Virus record (IMG/VR): IMGVR_UViG_3300012281_000001
DNA from: a virus
Lineage: Duplodnaviria; Heunggongvirae; Uroviricota; Caudoviricetes
Reading direction: 5' to 3' (one strand)
Length of the DNA: 52,086 bases
This document shows positions 41,558 through 52,086 of the stretch, piece by piece. How positions within the stretch are numbered: the first letter of the stretch is position 1; every line of letters starts with the position of its first letter. The position numbers and the translations under genes are program-made. The notes under the pieces were generated by a model, which saw only the letters and a program-made list of their open reading frames with translations, was not told the DNA's origin and made no database searches.

Positions 41558-41812
41558 TTATCGCCTTCGCCTGCGTGCCATATATTTGCGCACCGCGCGG
41601 CGTGGACAATCTGAAGCGGTTTCTTTCTGCTGCATCAATCTTGCAGCCATGCTCAAAAATGTCAGGCACAGCCGAAGCCCAGCATACAATAGCGGTTCCA
41701 GTGGCCACGTCTCATTGAGCACATATACCGCCATGAAAATCGAGTCGAAAACTATCGCCGCCAGCGATAACTTCATTGTCGAAAGTCGGCGGAGCTGCCG
41801 GAGTTTATTCAT
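41558..41812 (-). CDS. candidate small membrane protein downstream of lyz
   Basis: 84-aa ATG ORF overlapping lyz 3' end by 8 nt; hydrophobic core, Arg-rich C-terminus; lies between lyz and the terminator hairpin. Confidence 0.35.
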   Translation of the reverse strand: MNKLRQLRRLSTMKLSLAAIVFDSIFMAVYVLNETWPLEPLLYAGLRLCLTFLSMAARLMQQKETASDCPRRAVRKYMARRRRR

Positions 41813-42362
41813 TGACCAGTCCCGTCAGGCAAAGCTGGCGTTCTTTTTCACGGCGAATCTTTAAACCTCGCAGGGGCACGCCGTTACTGTTCACGAAATC
41901 AGGGAGATGGTTACACATATTCACCCATTCCCCTTTCTGCGCCCACTTGTGGATGGACGTTTCTACTCGCATGCCTCGCGCTTTGCTGTAGTAGGTTCGT
42001 AAGCTATTGCATCCCATATTGAATGCCGCGCTTGTCATTGCACTGAAGGCATTATCGGGCATGTCTTTGCCCCGGAAGTGCTGATTAATACAGCGTTCAG
42101 CGATCAGGATATTCTTTTCCCAATCAGCGGCGATTTGCTGGTCTGTTTTTCGCACACCCGGCGTTACCCCGTGTGTATTACCGATCCCGTCAGTCCATAC
42201 CCCTGCCGGGCACATGTATGGATCACGTCGGCAACCTTCAGCGTTACCAATCAGCTCAAGCCCTGCCTGGTTGGTTCGCACATTGCCATTACCCATCACG
42301 ATGGTAATCATCACCGCGATAGCGCAAATTGCACCGCCTCCTGCGGCTGTTTTTCCCTTCAT
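41805..42362 (-). CDS. lyz: SAR endolysin (lysozyme)
   Basis: 185-aa protein MKGKTAAGGGAICAIAVMITIVMGNGN... recognised as P1 Lyz with N-terminal signal-anchor-release domain; GAGGT SD; ORF track extends to 42404. Confidence 0.93.
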   Translation of the reverse strand: MKGKTAAGGGAICAIAVMITIVMGNGNVRTNQAGLELIGNAEGCRRDPYMCPAGVWTDGIGNTHGVTPGVRKTDQQIAADWEKNILIAERCINQHFRGKDMPDNAFSAMTSAAFNMGCNSLRTYYSKARGMRVETSIHKWAQKGEWVNMCNHLPDFVNSNGVPLRGLKIRREKERQLCLTGLVNE

Positions 42363-42495
42363 AAAGACCTCATAAGCGAATTTTTTACGCTCCAGGACAA
42401 ACACTCATTCACAGCCAATACCGACTGACTCGATCCCTTTAGAAGGCACAGGATAATGCAAATCACTTGTTAGCTACGTTTCAAAGATATACATT

Positions 42496-42512
42496 ATTGC
42501 TCTAATTAATTT
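42496..42512 (+). promoter_or_regulatory. C1-operator-like site upstream of ssb
   Basis: ATTGCTCTAATTAATTT, 36 nt before the ssb GTG. Confidence 0.6.
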
Positions 42513-42531
42513 ATTTTATTAGGTAAGATAA

Positions 42532-43020
42532 GTGGCACAACGCGGTGTAAACAAAGTCATCCTGATTGGTACCCTGGGGCAAGACCCGGAGATCAGGTAT
42601 ATACCAAATGGCGGCGCGGTCGGAAGACTCAGCATCGCAACGAATGAATCATGGCGCGACAAGCAAACGGGCCAACAGAAAGAGCAAACAGAATGGCATA
42701 AAGTCGTTTTGTTCGGAAAACTTGCTGAAATTGCGAGTGAATATTTACGAAAAGGTTCTCAGGTCTACATCGAAGGGAAACTTAAAACCCGTAAGTGGAC
42801 AGATGACGCCGGTGTAGAACGTTACACGACGGAAATTATCGTCAGCCAGGGCGGCACCATGCAAATGATCGGCGCTCGCCGTGACGATTCACAGTCCTCA
42901 AATGGCTGGGGGCAATCAAACCAACCTCAAAACCACCAGCAATACAGTGGTGGCGGTAAACCTCAGAGCAACGCCAATAACGAACCTCCAATGGACTTTG
43001 ACGACGATATTCCGTTTTGA
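42532..43020 (+). CDS. ssb: single-stranded DNA-binding protein
   Basis: OB-fold N-terminus, Gly/Gln-rich linker and DDDIPF tail; GTG start; C1 operator 36 nt upstream. Confidence 0.93.
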   Translation: MAQRGVNKVILIGTLGQDPEIRYIPNGGAVGRLSIATNESWRDKQTGQQKEQTEWHKVVLFGKLAEIASEYLRKGSQVYIEGKLKTRKWTDDAGVERYTTEIIVSQGGTMQMIGARRDDSQSSNGWGQSNQPQNHQQYSGGGKPQSNANNEPPMDFDDDIPF

Positions 43021-43217
43021 ATGTGTAAAAAACGACTGAAAGAAAAGCGGTGGTCCAGACGCCGACAAAAGCACGAACTCGCTCAAAAACGCCAAAGTTG
43101 GCAATGGCACGCGCTTTTAACGAATAGAACACCCCGAGATATTGCTTTCGCTGGTGGGAAAACATTCCTAACCAACCTGAAGGCGCAATACATCAGTTTT
43201 TAAGCAGAGAAAAGACT

Positions 43218-44012
43218 ATGACAGCACAAAATACTAAAACCATTCAATACCGCCTACGTAATGGCCAGAGTGTCGAAGTGACCATCAATAATGATGGAGT
43301 GCCAGGCGAAAAGGTTTCTATCTCTGATCTGGCTATCGAAAAAACCATCATGTGCCACCTTGGCTTTACTGAAGAAGTGAGCAAAAAGCATGGTGTAGCT
43401 ATCTGGCGAACAATGGATACTGGCATGCGCAGATTCATTACCGCTCGTACCCCAGGTATGACCATGATGGACCTCATGCAGATTGCACCGCTGTTTGAGT
43501 GTGAACCTTTGGATGTATTCAGCAATCCAGCTATCTGCCAGCAGTTATATGGTGAGATGAAACTCGCTGTTACCCCCATTGTGCTGCATGAAGGATCGCT
43601 TGCTGGCGTATGGAAAGTAGAGCGAATTTCAAGCTACATGCCCTTCCACATCCATGTCAACGGCGTAATCGCAGGTGAAAATCAACCTGTTTCAGTTACA
43701 AAGTCAGACCTCAAGCGCGCAATTCTTGAAGCAAGTTGTCGAGTTATCGGCCTTGGCAAACAGTCTTATGTTTCCTTCCCGGCTGGCCCTGAAGGCCCGG
43801 CAGAAATTCTGATTATGGATGCCGATCTGCTCTGGCAAATACAGTTTCTGATTGGCAAAAGCATCATCCGCGCTGAAGAACTCGATCAGTACATTACCTG
43901 CACGATGACAGATGAAGTCAAAAGTGTGGCTATAGCCAAGGCCCGGAACCTGTGTCGTGCTGCATTAACAGAACTGCAAGAAAACACCACGGAAGAGGTG
44001 GAAAGTGACTAA
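43218..44012 (+). CDS. isaA: IsaA-like protein
   Basis: 264-aa ORF following ssb; symbol by position in P1 order. Confidence 0.5.
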   Translation: MTAQNTKTIQYRLRNGQSVEVTINNDGVPGEKVSISDLAIEKTIMCHLGFTEEVSKKHGVAIWRTMDTGMRRFITARTPGMTMMDLMQIAPLFECEPLDVFSNPAICQQLYGEMKLAVTPIVLHEGSLAGVWKVERISSYMPFHIHVNGVIAGENQPVSVTKSDLKRAILEASCRVIGLGKQSYVSFPAGPEGPAEILIMDADLLWQIQFLIGKSIIRAEELDQYITCTMTDEVKSVAIAKARNLCRAALTELQENTTEEVESD

Positions 44013-45072
44013 TCGTATACAGAATGAACCTGCCTGGTTAGCACTGATAGAACAGTATAAAGACAATTGGGAACTGGCAGCGAAAGAGTTGCTTGATATT
44101 GAGTTAACACCTCATCAAGCAAAAATTATTAACGCGATAAAGAACACCGGAGCCAAAGTCACTGCCACCACACCACATGGTATTGGGGAAACCTCTATTG
44201 TGGCAGTGATTAGCATCCTGCAAACAATACTGTATTCGTGTTCCCGTACAGTGGTTGTTTCTCCTGCTATTAACGATAGTCGAAAAACAATAATTGACTA
44301 TATGTTCCGTTATTGGGAGCAAGTTACCCAAAAACACCCTTTTCTTGGCAATCATTTCAGAATGCACCCTGACAAAGGGTTGGTGCATATCAGTGAAATA
44401 TGGGGATGCGTCTATATAACCTATTGTCTGAATAACGAAGTGTCTCTGGCTGGTTTTACTGGACCGCACGATCTTTTCATCGTTATTAACTCGGCGGAAA
44501 TCAGCGATCGCGCTCATGCAGTGATAACTGGCAATTTAACCAATTATGACTCGCGCCTGCTGTTGCTGTCGAAACCATCGGAACGCGAGAAAGGGTACTT
44601 TTATGATTCGCATCACCGGTTGGCCCATAGTAAAAACAATCCTGCTGGTTTTTTCACGGCGATAACTCTAAACACAGAGGATTCACCTCTCGTTTCTGAA
44701 GCATATCTTGAATTCAAAGCCAAAGAGTTTGGTGGGCGCAATAGCGATGAATATCGCCGATTGATCTTGGGGAAATTTCCCGGGATTCGGGAGTTGATGG
44801 AAAAGTCATCTGTTCCCCGTAATATATGGGTAGTGCCTACGATCGTGATCGCCAAACACCATGCGAAACATCACGCTCAAAAACACAACTCCAGCACATT
44901 AGACTGGCTGAAGGCCTATACAATACCGTTATTCTCGGCAAACCATAACGCTATAGCTGAATGGGCTAAACAAATCCCCTGGCAGGATGTGGCTGAAGAG
45001 GCATTTGTCGAAAAACCACCAAGAGATTTGCACGAGCACTGTTGGCTGACATCAGAAAAGAGCTTCTCGTGA
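44005..45072 (+). CDS. hxr: Hxr, terminase-ATPase-like paralog of PacB
   Basis: 355-aa ORF, GTG start after GAGGTGG; [11 protein letters not shown]...FTAITLNTEDSPLV...FGGR...GKFPG closely parallels PacB residues around 195-250. Confidence 0.6.
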   Translation: MTNRIQNEPAWLALIEQYKDNWELAAKELLDIELTPHQAKIINAIKNTGAKVTATTPHGIGETSIVAVISILQTILYSCSRTVVVSPAINDSRKTIIDYMFRYWEQVTQKHPFLGNHFRMHPDKGLVHISEIWGCVYITYCLNNEVSLAGFTGPHDLFIVINSAEISDRAHAVITGNLTNYDSRLLLLSKPSEREKGYFYDSHHRLAHSKNNPAGFFTAITLNTEDSPLVSEAYLEFKAKEFGGRNSDEYRRLILGKFPGIRELMEKSSVPRNIWVVPTIVIAKHHAKHHAQKHNSSTLDWLKAYTIPLFSANHNAIAEWAKQIPWQDVAEEAFVEKPPRDLHEHCWLTSEKSFS

Positions 45073-45077
45073 GGTAA

Positions 45078-45101
45078 AAATCCCGCCGATTGGCGGGATT
45101 T
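45078..45101. terminator. bidirectional terminator between convergent hxr and the ddr operon
   Basis: AAATCCCGCC-GATT-GGCGGGATTT, 10-bp stem. Confidence 0.65.
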
Positions 45102-45103
45102 CT

Positions 45104-45412
45104 TTAATATATGATCTGGTCTATATGATCACCAAAATCATCGTCGTCGTCCTCATCGCCACCATCTACAACAGGCCAATCAACAAACCAGCCAGCATAA
45201 AGATGCAGCGTTCGGAGAACATCACTTGCGGGAGCATCAAGGGTGTTAACGAATCCCATATAGCTATTGGGATTTGCTCCAGCTATGGCTTCAGCGATCA
45301 TGTCCTCGGTAATGTCACCGGAGATAATGCTTAAACGCCCGGAAACTTCTTCATTATCATCAAATTCGATAATGGCATCTCCGCCTAATGGCGCTGCGAT
45401 TTTAATCTGCAT
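45104..45412 (-). CDS. hypothetical acidic protein
   Basis: 102-aa ATG ORF overlapping ddrB 3' end; poly-Asp tract (DGGDEDDDDDFGD). Confidence 0.45.
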   Translation of the reverse strand: MQIKIAAPLGGDAIIEFDDNEEVSGRLSIISGDITEDMIAEAIAGANPNSYMGFVNTLDAPASDVLRTLHLYAGWFVDWPVVDGGDEDDDDDFGDHIDQIIY

Positions 45413-48339
45413 TATTTAGCTCCTTTGCCACACCTAATAACAGTTCCAGCAATCCGTCACCATTCATCAGTGATGCGGCAGCGGCCTCTTTGTCATGATA
45501 CAACTGAAGAGCCATAGAGAATACTTCCGTTGCTGACGTTTTGGAAATGGTCGGTGATTTCTGCCGAATTTTCCCGGAGTTACTCACTGAGACTGGCGGG
45601 TATACCTTCGCCATATAAATATTACTCAATCGAGATCTGAAGCACCATTCAGGCTTGCCACGCCCACCGATATTAACGAAAGATGGCTTATCTCCTTCAA
45701 CATTGGCCTTCAGGAATGACCGGGCTTTCTCTAACAAACCAGGGTTACTGTACTCAAGATGATGACCCAGCTCGTGCCACAGTGCACTTGCATTTTCATC
45801 GTTCAAATTGACAGCAACAACACCATTTAGATTTGCATATGCCCTTCCCTGGTGGTGAACCACTTTTGATAAGGTCGATATTTTCCCGCCGGTCAGGCGA
45901 TAAATATCAGCAAGTTCCTTGCGCAGGTCTATCCCACCATTCTGTCCAGCGCGGGCTTCTTCCACTTCTTCCGTGATAAAAGAGTCGGCCCACTCAAGAG
46001 CTTTTTCTTCAGATACGGATGAGTTTGCGATCGCACTGTTCATGGCAGATAACACTTTCTCGTGGACCGAACCCATACTTCGCTGATTCATTTGCCAGCG
46101 TGTCTGCGGGTTATATGAGAATCGCTTAAGTAGTTGGTCAAGCTGCTCAAGTTCTTCTTCACTGACATACTTTTTAGCCTCACCAATACTGCCAGGGAGA
46201 ATATTGCCGTTAGGATTAAACGCTCGCGAAAGGAAGAGTTTCAGCGCCCCCATGCCCTCCGATGCTTCAATATCACCAATAACCCGGTTAACAATGGCCG
46301 CACTCTTCGGATTAGCATCCGCCAACGCTCTGGCTACAATTTGCAGGGACGATACGACCTCACGCTGCATATCCGTCCTGATCTCATCAATAAACTCTGG
46401 CGTTATGCCGTGCTCTTTAAGGATATCCCTGCCTTCCGCCGTTACCCCATCAATATCACCGACATGTTTATTAACCCGACTTTGCAATGCCTTAAATGCC
46501 TTCAGAATTCCACGGGCATCATCCGCTTTACTAACGGCCTTCCTGAATGCTGGCAAGAAGTCTGAGTTAACCTCATTTTGTTGATCGGCCCACTGAATGG
46601 AGGCTTCTTTCATCTCGTCCAGAGTCAGATCACCCAACGCGGTATGGTCTGTGAATATGAGCGACAACCTCTGAACCATTTCTGCCAATGGTGATGCCGA
46701 ATGCGCCGCGCTAAGGAATGCTTTCACCCTGGTTGGGCGAATGGAAAACCAGTCAATAGCTGGTGGCATATCTCCGTTTTTTATCGCCTGCGCTATCTCG
46801 TCAAAGCCATCGCGCCCAAGGGAGGATGCGTGATTTAACAAGCCGCGAAGTAACGAATTGCTGATACCGAATAATCGGCACCATTTTTTCACGTCGGCAA
46901 CAGGCATTCGAACAAAATGCGCAAGCACTTGTACAAGCTGTTCATCCTGGGGATCTGTACGGGAAAGCAGCCTGATCAGATGAATAATGTCTTTGATGCC
47001 GGATGCCCGATGTAATAGCAAACTGGTATATGGAGCAACACCGTTGTAACTACCGCCGGAAACGGACTCGAAAAGACCGCCGGATATCCCTTGCATGCCT
47101 TCGTTTTCCAGTTCCTGAGACACCTGGCGAAGGATATCCTGTAACGACACATCACCACCGCCAAACATATCCCCCAGCGCCTGGCCCTGGTGCTGTAACT
47201 CATCATTGATACGTTGAGCCATCAATTTAAAGGCGGTGGCCATACGCTTCGCGCTACGGTTATTCGCGACGATGAACAACGCGAGAGCTTTCACTTCCGG
47301 GGCTGTTTCGCTGAACATATCCCCCTGAGCAATAACATCGGTAATATGTTGGCCTGACTCCTTCGATTGCCTTACCAGGTCTACCGCATCTTTCAATGCC
47401 GCCAGCGCCTTTTTATCGAGACTATCCGCTGTCTCAATACCATCAACAATAGTTGTCACAGCCTGCTTGTGCGCTTCACCTGATAAAGCCTGCATCTGGA
47501 CAAAATCATTGGCTGCCGCATTAAGCGCCGTCAGAACATTACGCATATCTGGATCAGGTTCTTCTGCAACCATCCTTACTAGGCGCGCATCCTTATATGC
47601 CTTGGCAAAGATCGCGTTTTGTATACGGTCTACAAGTTGCCGTGTTGGTCGCCCATCTTCCGTTACAAGGCCAGCAGCCTGTGTGGCACCAACTTGCGTC
47701 ATGAATCCGCGGATAAACGCGTCATTACTGCGGCTAAGCAGATCTCCGCTTTCTGACGGGTTAAACAGCGCCATCATCGCCGAAGTTATGTTGTCGGCAT
47801 CAACAAAAGCCTTTTCACTGGCTGCCATTTCCTGAAGATCAGAAATATTTGAGTCCTTGGCAAACTGAACGCGGTCAACCTTAGTTAACCGGCGGCGCAC
47901 CAGTACCGGGGCCGTCATTGATTCAACCTTTTCAGGTCGTATTCCGAATTCGGTCGCATGTTCAATCAGATACTCCCGATACCGATCCGCATTGCCGTCC
48001 TGATAGGCTTTAATGATCCCCATGGTCCGTCCATTACCCGACTCAACGGCATTGTCCTCACCAATTATCGGCGCGCCATGGCTGGATAAACCGGAATCGG
48101 TAAGCTGAGCAGGTCGCAANNNNNNNNNNNNNNNNNNNNNNNNNNNNNNNNNNNNNNNNNNNNNNNNNNNNNNNNNNNNNNNNNNNNNNNNNNNNNNNNN
48201 NNNNNNNNNNNNNNNNNNNNNNNNNNNNNNNNNNNNNNNNNNNNNNNNNNNNNNNNNNNNNNNNNNNNNNNNNNNNNNNNNNNNNNNNNNNNNNCGTTTC
48301 TATGCTGGTGGCCATAACCACCTGATCGCTTAAGCTCAT
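45402..48339 (-). CDS. ddrB: DdrB-like protein, interrupted by N-run 48120-48294
   Basis: ORF 45402..48119 (905 aa) continues into ORF 48058..48339 across a 175-N run; position downstream of ddrA/darA; symbol by position. Confidence 0.5.
48120..48294. other. N-run (assembly gap) inside ddrB
   Basis: 175 N. Confidence 0.9.
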
Positions 48340-48351
48340 CCCTGTTACGCC

Positions 48352-48717
48352 TTATGCTGCCTCTTTAATGTTGGCGGCTATCCATGCCGCCGTGTGCTGT
48401 TTAACCTGGTCCAGGTCGATGTATGTGCCAACATATTGACTCAAGTCCTGCAAGGTACCGATAAATGCATCTGTGCTCTGATCGACGAATTTATCAGCCA
48501 GGAAATCAGCAACCAGTTTTGGCACACCATCATGTACCGAAGGTTGTTTTTCCTCGCCACTACTGCCGCCGGACGCGCCGTACCCCATCTGTTGCATGAT
48601 CTGGTCAATTTCATCGCTGATATCCAGCAACTCCATGCCACTCGCGGTAGCCGCTTTGGACATCAGAGCATCCAACTTATCGCTGAGATCCATTAACTCA
48701 ATAGCTGATAGTGTCAT
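48352..48717 (-). CDS. ddrA: DdrA-like protein
   Basis: 121-aa ORF overlapping darA stop; symbol by position. Confidence 0.5.
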   Translation of the reverse strand: MTLSAIELMDLSDKLDALMSKAATASGMELLDISDEIDQIMQQMGYGASGGSSGEEKQPSVHDGVPKLVADFLADKFVDQSTDAFIGTLQDLSQYVGTYIDLDQVKQHTAAWIAANIKEAA

Positions 48718-50638
48718 GCCGCTACCCCCGCTTTCTGGATTGCTACCAGCAGATCAGCCAGGTGGCGAGCAGCGCCATTAACCAGCTCTTCGTTTTCCTC
48801 AAAACGCCCGGCAGCCTGAAGGGCTGCAATCGCTTCCCGGACATTACCCCGGGCATTACGGATCTCCGCCATGTCAGTGCTTTTCATATCCATCACGTTA
48901 TTGAGATATTCAATGGCTTTATTAGCCTCTGCATCTGCTTCGCTAACCGTTTCATCAGGCTGTGCCGGGGCCGGTTCTGGCTGAGTAATCTCACCGACTT
49001 CGGCCTGCAATGCATTGATCATGCTCTGCACCATTTTCTCGGTGCCAGCTCCCCCAGGAAACGCAATATTGGGGAAAGTTTTTTGAAACTGAGTTTTCAG
49101 CATTACGCGGAACTCGTCTGGTGAGCTGGTGGCCAGCTCCAGAGCTTTTTGTGCATATTTGCCAAACGGACCATTAGTAAGTGTCTTCGCCAGGAAGTCG
49201 AAAGAATCCTCGCGAGGCAATAACTTCAGGTCGTACTCACTCATTTGCTGATCAGAAAGCGGGGTATCGTAAGTAGCAATGCCGTAGCGTGCATATTCAT
49301 AATACGGGTCACCTTCATCAGGGCGCGGCAGAATCGCTTTGTTACCTTCAGGTATTGCGCCAGGGGCCGCCGGACGCATTTGCAGGGCATATCGATATGC
49401 ACCTACAGAGACTTCTGGTTCAGGCGAAGAGCTACCGGTATCCTCCGCTGGTTCAGGTTCGACGTTTTCCGGTTTATGTTCTTCTGGTTGGACCAGATAT
49501 TCCGATACATTACCCGCTTTATAGGCTTTAAACAGCTTGCCGATCGCATCTGCCATGTCCACACCCTGTATGGATTTAGCCTTGATCATGTATACGCTGC
49601 CATCCGGATCGGTTAACTGGATATACCCTTCGCCATCCCCAATGAATTGCTTCATTGATGCACCATTACTGAGCGTCGCTTCCCCGTCCATATGCATACG
49701 ATTTTTGATACTGGCAAGGCGATCCGTCAGCGCGCGAGAGTGCCCACGAGTNNNNNNNNNNCCGCTGGAGCAATGGTATAGCGCCCACCAGTGCGATTGA
49801 GCTGATCAATCTCCGTCTGCAAACGCTCATTCTCTTCATAAAGAGAATCCGCTTCCGATGCAACAGCGTTAATTTTCTGCTCCAGATCTGCCTTCTGCCC
49901 TTCTACCGCTGCCACCTGATCCGCGAGGTCGCTCATGGCATCCTCTTTCTGGTCACTGTCAGCCTGTAGTTGGGTTATTTCATCAACAAGGGCTTTTTTC
50001 TTCTTCTGCGCACGCTGGAATTTTGCCGAGTTTTTCTCTGCAAGGTTGGCAAGTTTCATGGTGACCTGCGCCAGCGTCATATCACGTCCACTCATCGGAG
50101 CAACGGTGTGAGTAACGTCTTTTTTATTCAGTAAGAACTGGAAAGCAACCAGCGTATCGCTATTGGTGATCCGGTTTTCCGCTGTCGGGCTATGAAACAG
50201 AATGCTGATAGTCTGACCATCACTGAGCGGAATAATGGCTGGCAGGACCGGCAGCCCGTTAACGTTACGTGCCCGGCCAATTTCAGCGCCGCCGATCGCG
50301 CGCGCGCCGCTCTGGGCCACATCCCCCGTTTTATCACTCCCCGCAGAGATTCCGGTACCATTCAGCTTCTGGTTCAATGCCCGGACAAATGCCTGCATGG
50401 TCCGGTGTAACTGCAAACGAGTAGAACTAATCGCCTCCAGTAAATCCGTAGCACACCAGTGGATCGGCGTGTCATAGAAGAACGTAGCCTCGATTTCCTC
50501 CAGGGTGTTGGATTCCGTCATCAGATAGCGGTCCTCACCGGCCATTAATGCGCGATATTCATCATCAGTCACTGGCGGGGGAAGCACGTCAAGCCCAGGC
50601 TTGATCGTCACCCCTTTATTGATATTGAACTGTTCCAT
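48714..50638 (-). CDS. darA: DarA antirestriction/head protein, interrupted by N-run 49752-49761
   Basis: ORFs 49727..50638 and 48714..49697 abut the N-run; combined length about 640 aa matches P1 DarA. Confidence 0.7.
49752..49761. other. N-run (assembly join) inside darA
   Basis: 10 N; the flanking darA ORFs are in different frames, so the join is not length-preserving. Confidence 0.85.
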
Positions 50639-50639
50639 G

Positions 50640-51251
50640 TTAATTTCCTGCTTTCAGTTGCTTAAGACGACGTTTGAGTTCGCCATTCCGTGCCTTTTCG
50701 TTATTGAGTCGGCCCGTCTCCTTATCCAGCTTCGCCCGCAAATCAGTGATCTGCTGTTGATTGAAAGACACCGAATTCTGCGCGGACTTATAAGCGGCAA
50801 CCACCTGAGCATTCCGCTGTTTTGCTTCTTGCAGGCGCTGAAAGTTGGATTTAACTGCCGGTTTCTTGTCTACCGGATTGGCAACACGCTTCGCTTTGGC
50901 GATCAGTGATTTCTGGAATTTTGCGGAGTTTTTGCGGGCCGCCTGTCCCATGACGGTACCAAGCGTCTTGATATCCGGCGACTGAGCGTTAGGAATAGCT
51001 TTTCCATTCAGCTTCACAGACGATATATCGCCAGTATCGTTTACCTGTATGGCAAGAATTTGTCCGTCGTTAAGAACCAGCTTTGCGGTTTTAACTTTAA
51101 CGCCATCTTTCGTTGTTGCGCGGTTGCTGGAGTCAACCTCAATTACCGTAACACCGGTTTTATTGATCGCCGCGATAAGGGATTTCAGCCCCTTTTCATT
51201 AACCTGGTCAAAATCGACCGTTGCATACTTATTTTTCGTCATCTGACACAT
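50640..51251 (-). CDS. hdf: Hdf-like protein
   Basis: 203-aa basic, coiled-coil protein immediately upstream of darA; symbol by position. Confidence 0.5.
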   Translation of the reverse strand: MCQMTKNKYATVDFDQVNEKGLKSLIAAINKTGVTVIEVDSSNRATTKDGVKVKTAKLVLNDGQILAIQVNDTGDISSVKLNGKAIPNAQSPDIKTLGTVMGQAARKNSAKFQKSLIAKAKRVANPVDKKPAVKSNFQRLQEAKQRNAQVVAAYKSAQNSVSFNQQQITDLRAKLDKETGRLNNEKARNGELKRRLKQLKAGN

Positions 51252-51672
51252 CCTGTGCGAGATTTATTACGTAACTTCTGCGGATTTGCTGAGTAACAGG
51301 GAAAATCCGATACAACGGGTTAATGAACGAGTCGCCATGCGTAACCATGACGTTGAAATGCCACAGTCGCTCTCCTTTACCCATATATTCAGTGGGTATG
51401 TACAACCATTCACTGTTTTCGCCCTGTTCAGCCGACGTCAGACAACGTTGTTCGCCTTCAATCACTGTCGTCGGCTTCTGAACATCGCGGATCCAATATC
51501 TGACCGTTGCGCCGCGCAAAAACGGGAATTTAGACCGGTATTTGAACGGCACCCGGATGAAACCCGGTTTAATTTCCACATCACCAAGTTCTAAATGCGT
51601 GATGTCCTTGCGTTTTAGCAAATAGCGATCGGCTAAGGCTAACGCAAGAACGCATACACCCCAGCCAATCAT
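51229..51672 (-). CDS. lydB: LydB-like lysis regulator
   Basis: 147-aa ORF with N-terminal hydrophobic segment, between the holin-like gene and hdf; symbol by position. Confidence 0.4.
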   Translation of the reverse strand: MIGWGVCVLALALADRYLLKRKDITHLELGDVEIKPGFIRVPFKYRSKFPFLRGATVRYWIRDVQKPTTVIEGEQRCLTSAEQGENSEWLYIPTEYMGKGERLWHFNVMVTHGDSFINPLYRIFPVTQQIRRSYVINLAQDVSDDEK

Positions 51673-51998
51673 TTTCCGCCTCCCTTTTTCACCAAACTTG
51701 TAAGAACATTCAGAATGCTATCGATATTCACTCGTTTCATCCCTGAAATCACCTCATGACCGTTATTGCTGGCTATCGTTACCATTAAGTACGTAATTGA
51801 TAACTCCCAGCCCTCGTGTTGCCCCAATAGGTACGCCACCGCGCCAGCTGTCACTGCAACAAAGATCTCCGTAACCAATCCCAACAAATTGCCAGACTGG
51901 CGACCGTCTCGGACATCCATCAGGAACGTGCCTATCCCACCAATTACTGAAAGCAGGAGCGCAATAGCAACTGGAGCTAATTCCTGTGTGTCAAGCAC
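51669..51998 (-). CDS. lydA: holin-like membrane protein
   Basis: 109-aa protein with predicted TM helices; GTG start 6 nt after AGGAGGG; first gene of the lyd-dar operon. Confidence 0.5.
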   Translation of the reverse strand: MLDTQELAPVAIALLLSVIGGIGTFLMDVRDGRQSGNLLGLVTEIFVAVTAGAVAYLLGQHEGWELSITYLMVTIASNNGHEVISGMKRVNIDSILNVLTSLVKKGGGK

Positions 51999-52041
51999 AA
52001 GTTCCCTCCTACGTTGTCAGGAGGTAATGGTATGCAAAGTA

Positions 52042-52066
52042 ACTTCTCAACCGGTCATTTGTTGCT
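52042..52066 (-). promoter_or_regulatory. late-promoter-like element upstream of lydA
   Basis: Minus-strand GCAACAAATGACCGG followed by AGAAGT; coordinates approximate. Confidence 0.35.
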
Positions 52067-52086
52067 TAAGAGGCATTTCTATTGAG

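Noticed and set aside
43021-43203. 60-aa highly basic ORF between ssb and isaA
   Set aside because: Starts directly on the ssb stop with no ribosome-binding site; Arg/Lys/Gln-rich low-complexity translation; more likely a non-coding intergenic region.
46134-46584. Two overlapping plus-strand ORFs of 143 and 126 aa
   Set aside because: Both are antisense inside ddrB; no independent support.

Overview
This 52 kb window is a segment of a P1-like temperate phage / phage-plasmid of Enterobacteriaceae, apparently from a draft assembly: seven N-runs interrupt it, and at least two are flanked by duplicated ends that split genes. Identification rests on proteins I recognise from memory (Cre, C1, Coi, PacA/PacB, Doc/Phd, HumD, SAR lysozyme, SSB, DarB), the loxP spacer and right arm, the 4+3 TGATCA/G pac hexamers inside pacA, and recurrent C1-operator-like 17-mers; no search was run. 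Order, left to right: a leftward late operon (0.2-3.4 kb); a rightward block of about 30 small accessory and enzymatic genes (3.5-18.7 kb); hot-lxr / LexA box / humD; phd-doc; pdcA-pdcB; lpa; pacA-pacB; c1; coi; loxP; cre; cra; ref; mat; a single AT-rich gene on the minus strand; lxc; ulx; darB; prt; pro; lyz; ssb; isaA; hxr; ddrB-ddrA-darA-hdf-lydB-lydA. Symbols other than the recognised proteins are assigned by position in the P1 gene order as I remember it. The strongest candidate for something new is the 316-aa PIN-like gene at 30218-31168, sitting in the mat-lxc slot where reference P1 carries its type III res-mod genes. Secondary observations are strong intrinsic terminators directly upstream of the ref and mat start codons, a contiguous enzyme cluster of unknown target, a mosaic paralogous gene block with recycled junction cassettes, and hxr as a paralog of the PacB ATPase segment. 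No rRNA, tRNA, CRISPR array or IS element was seen.
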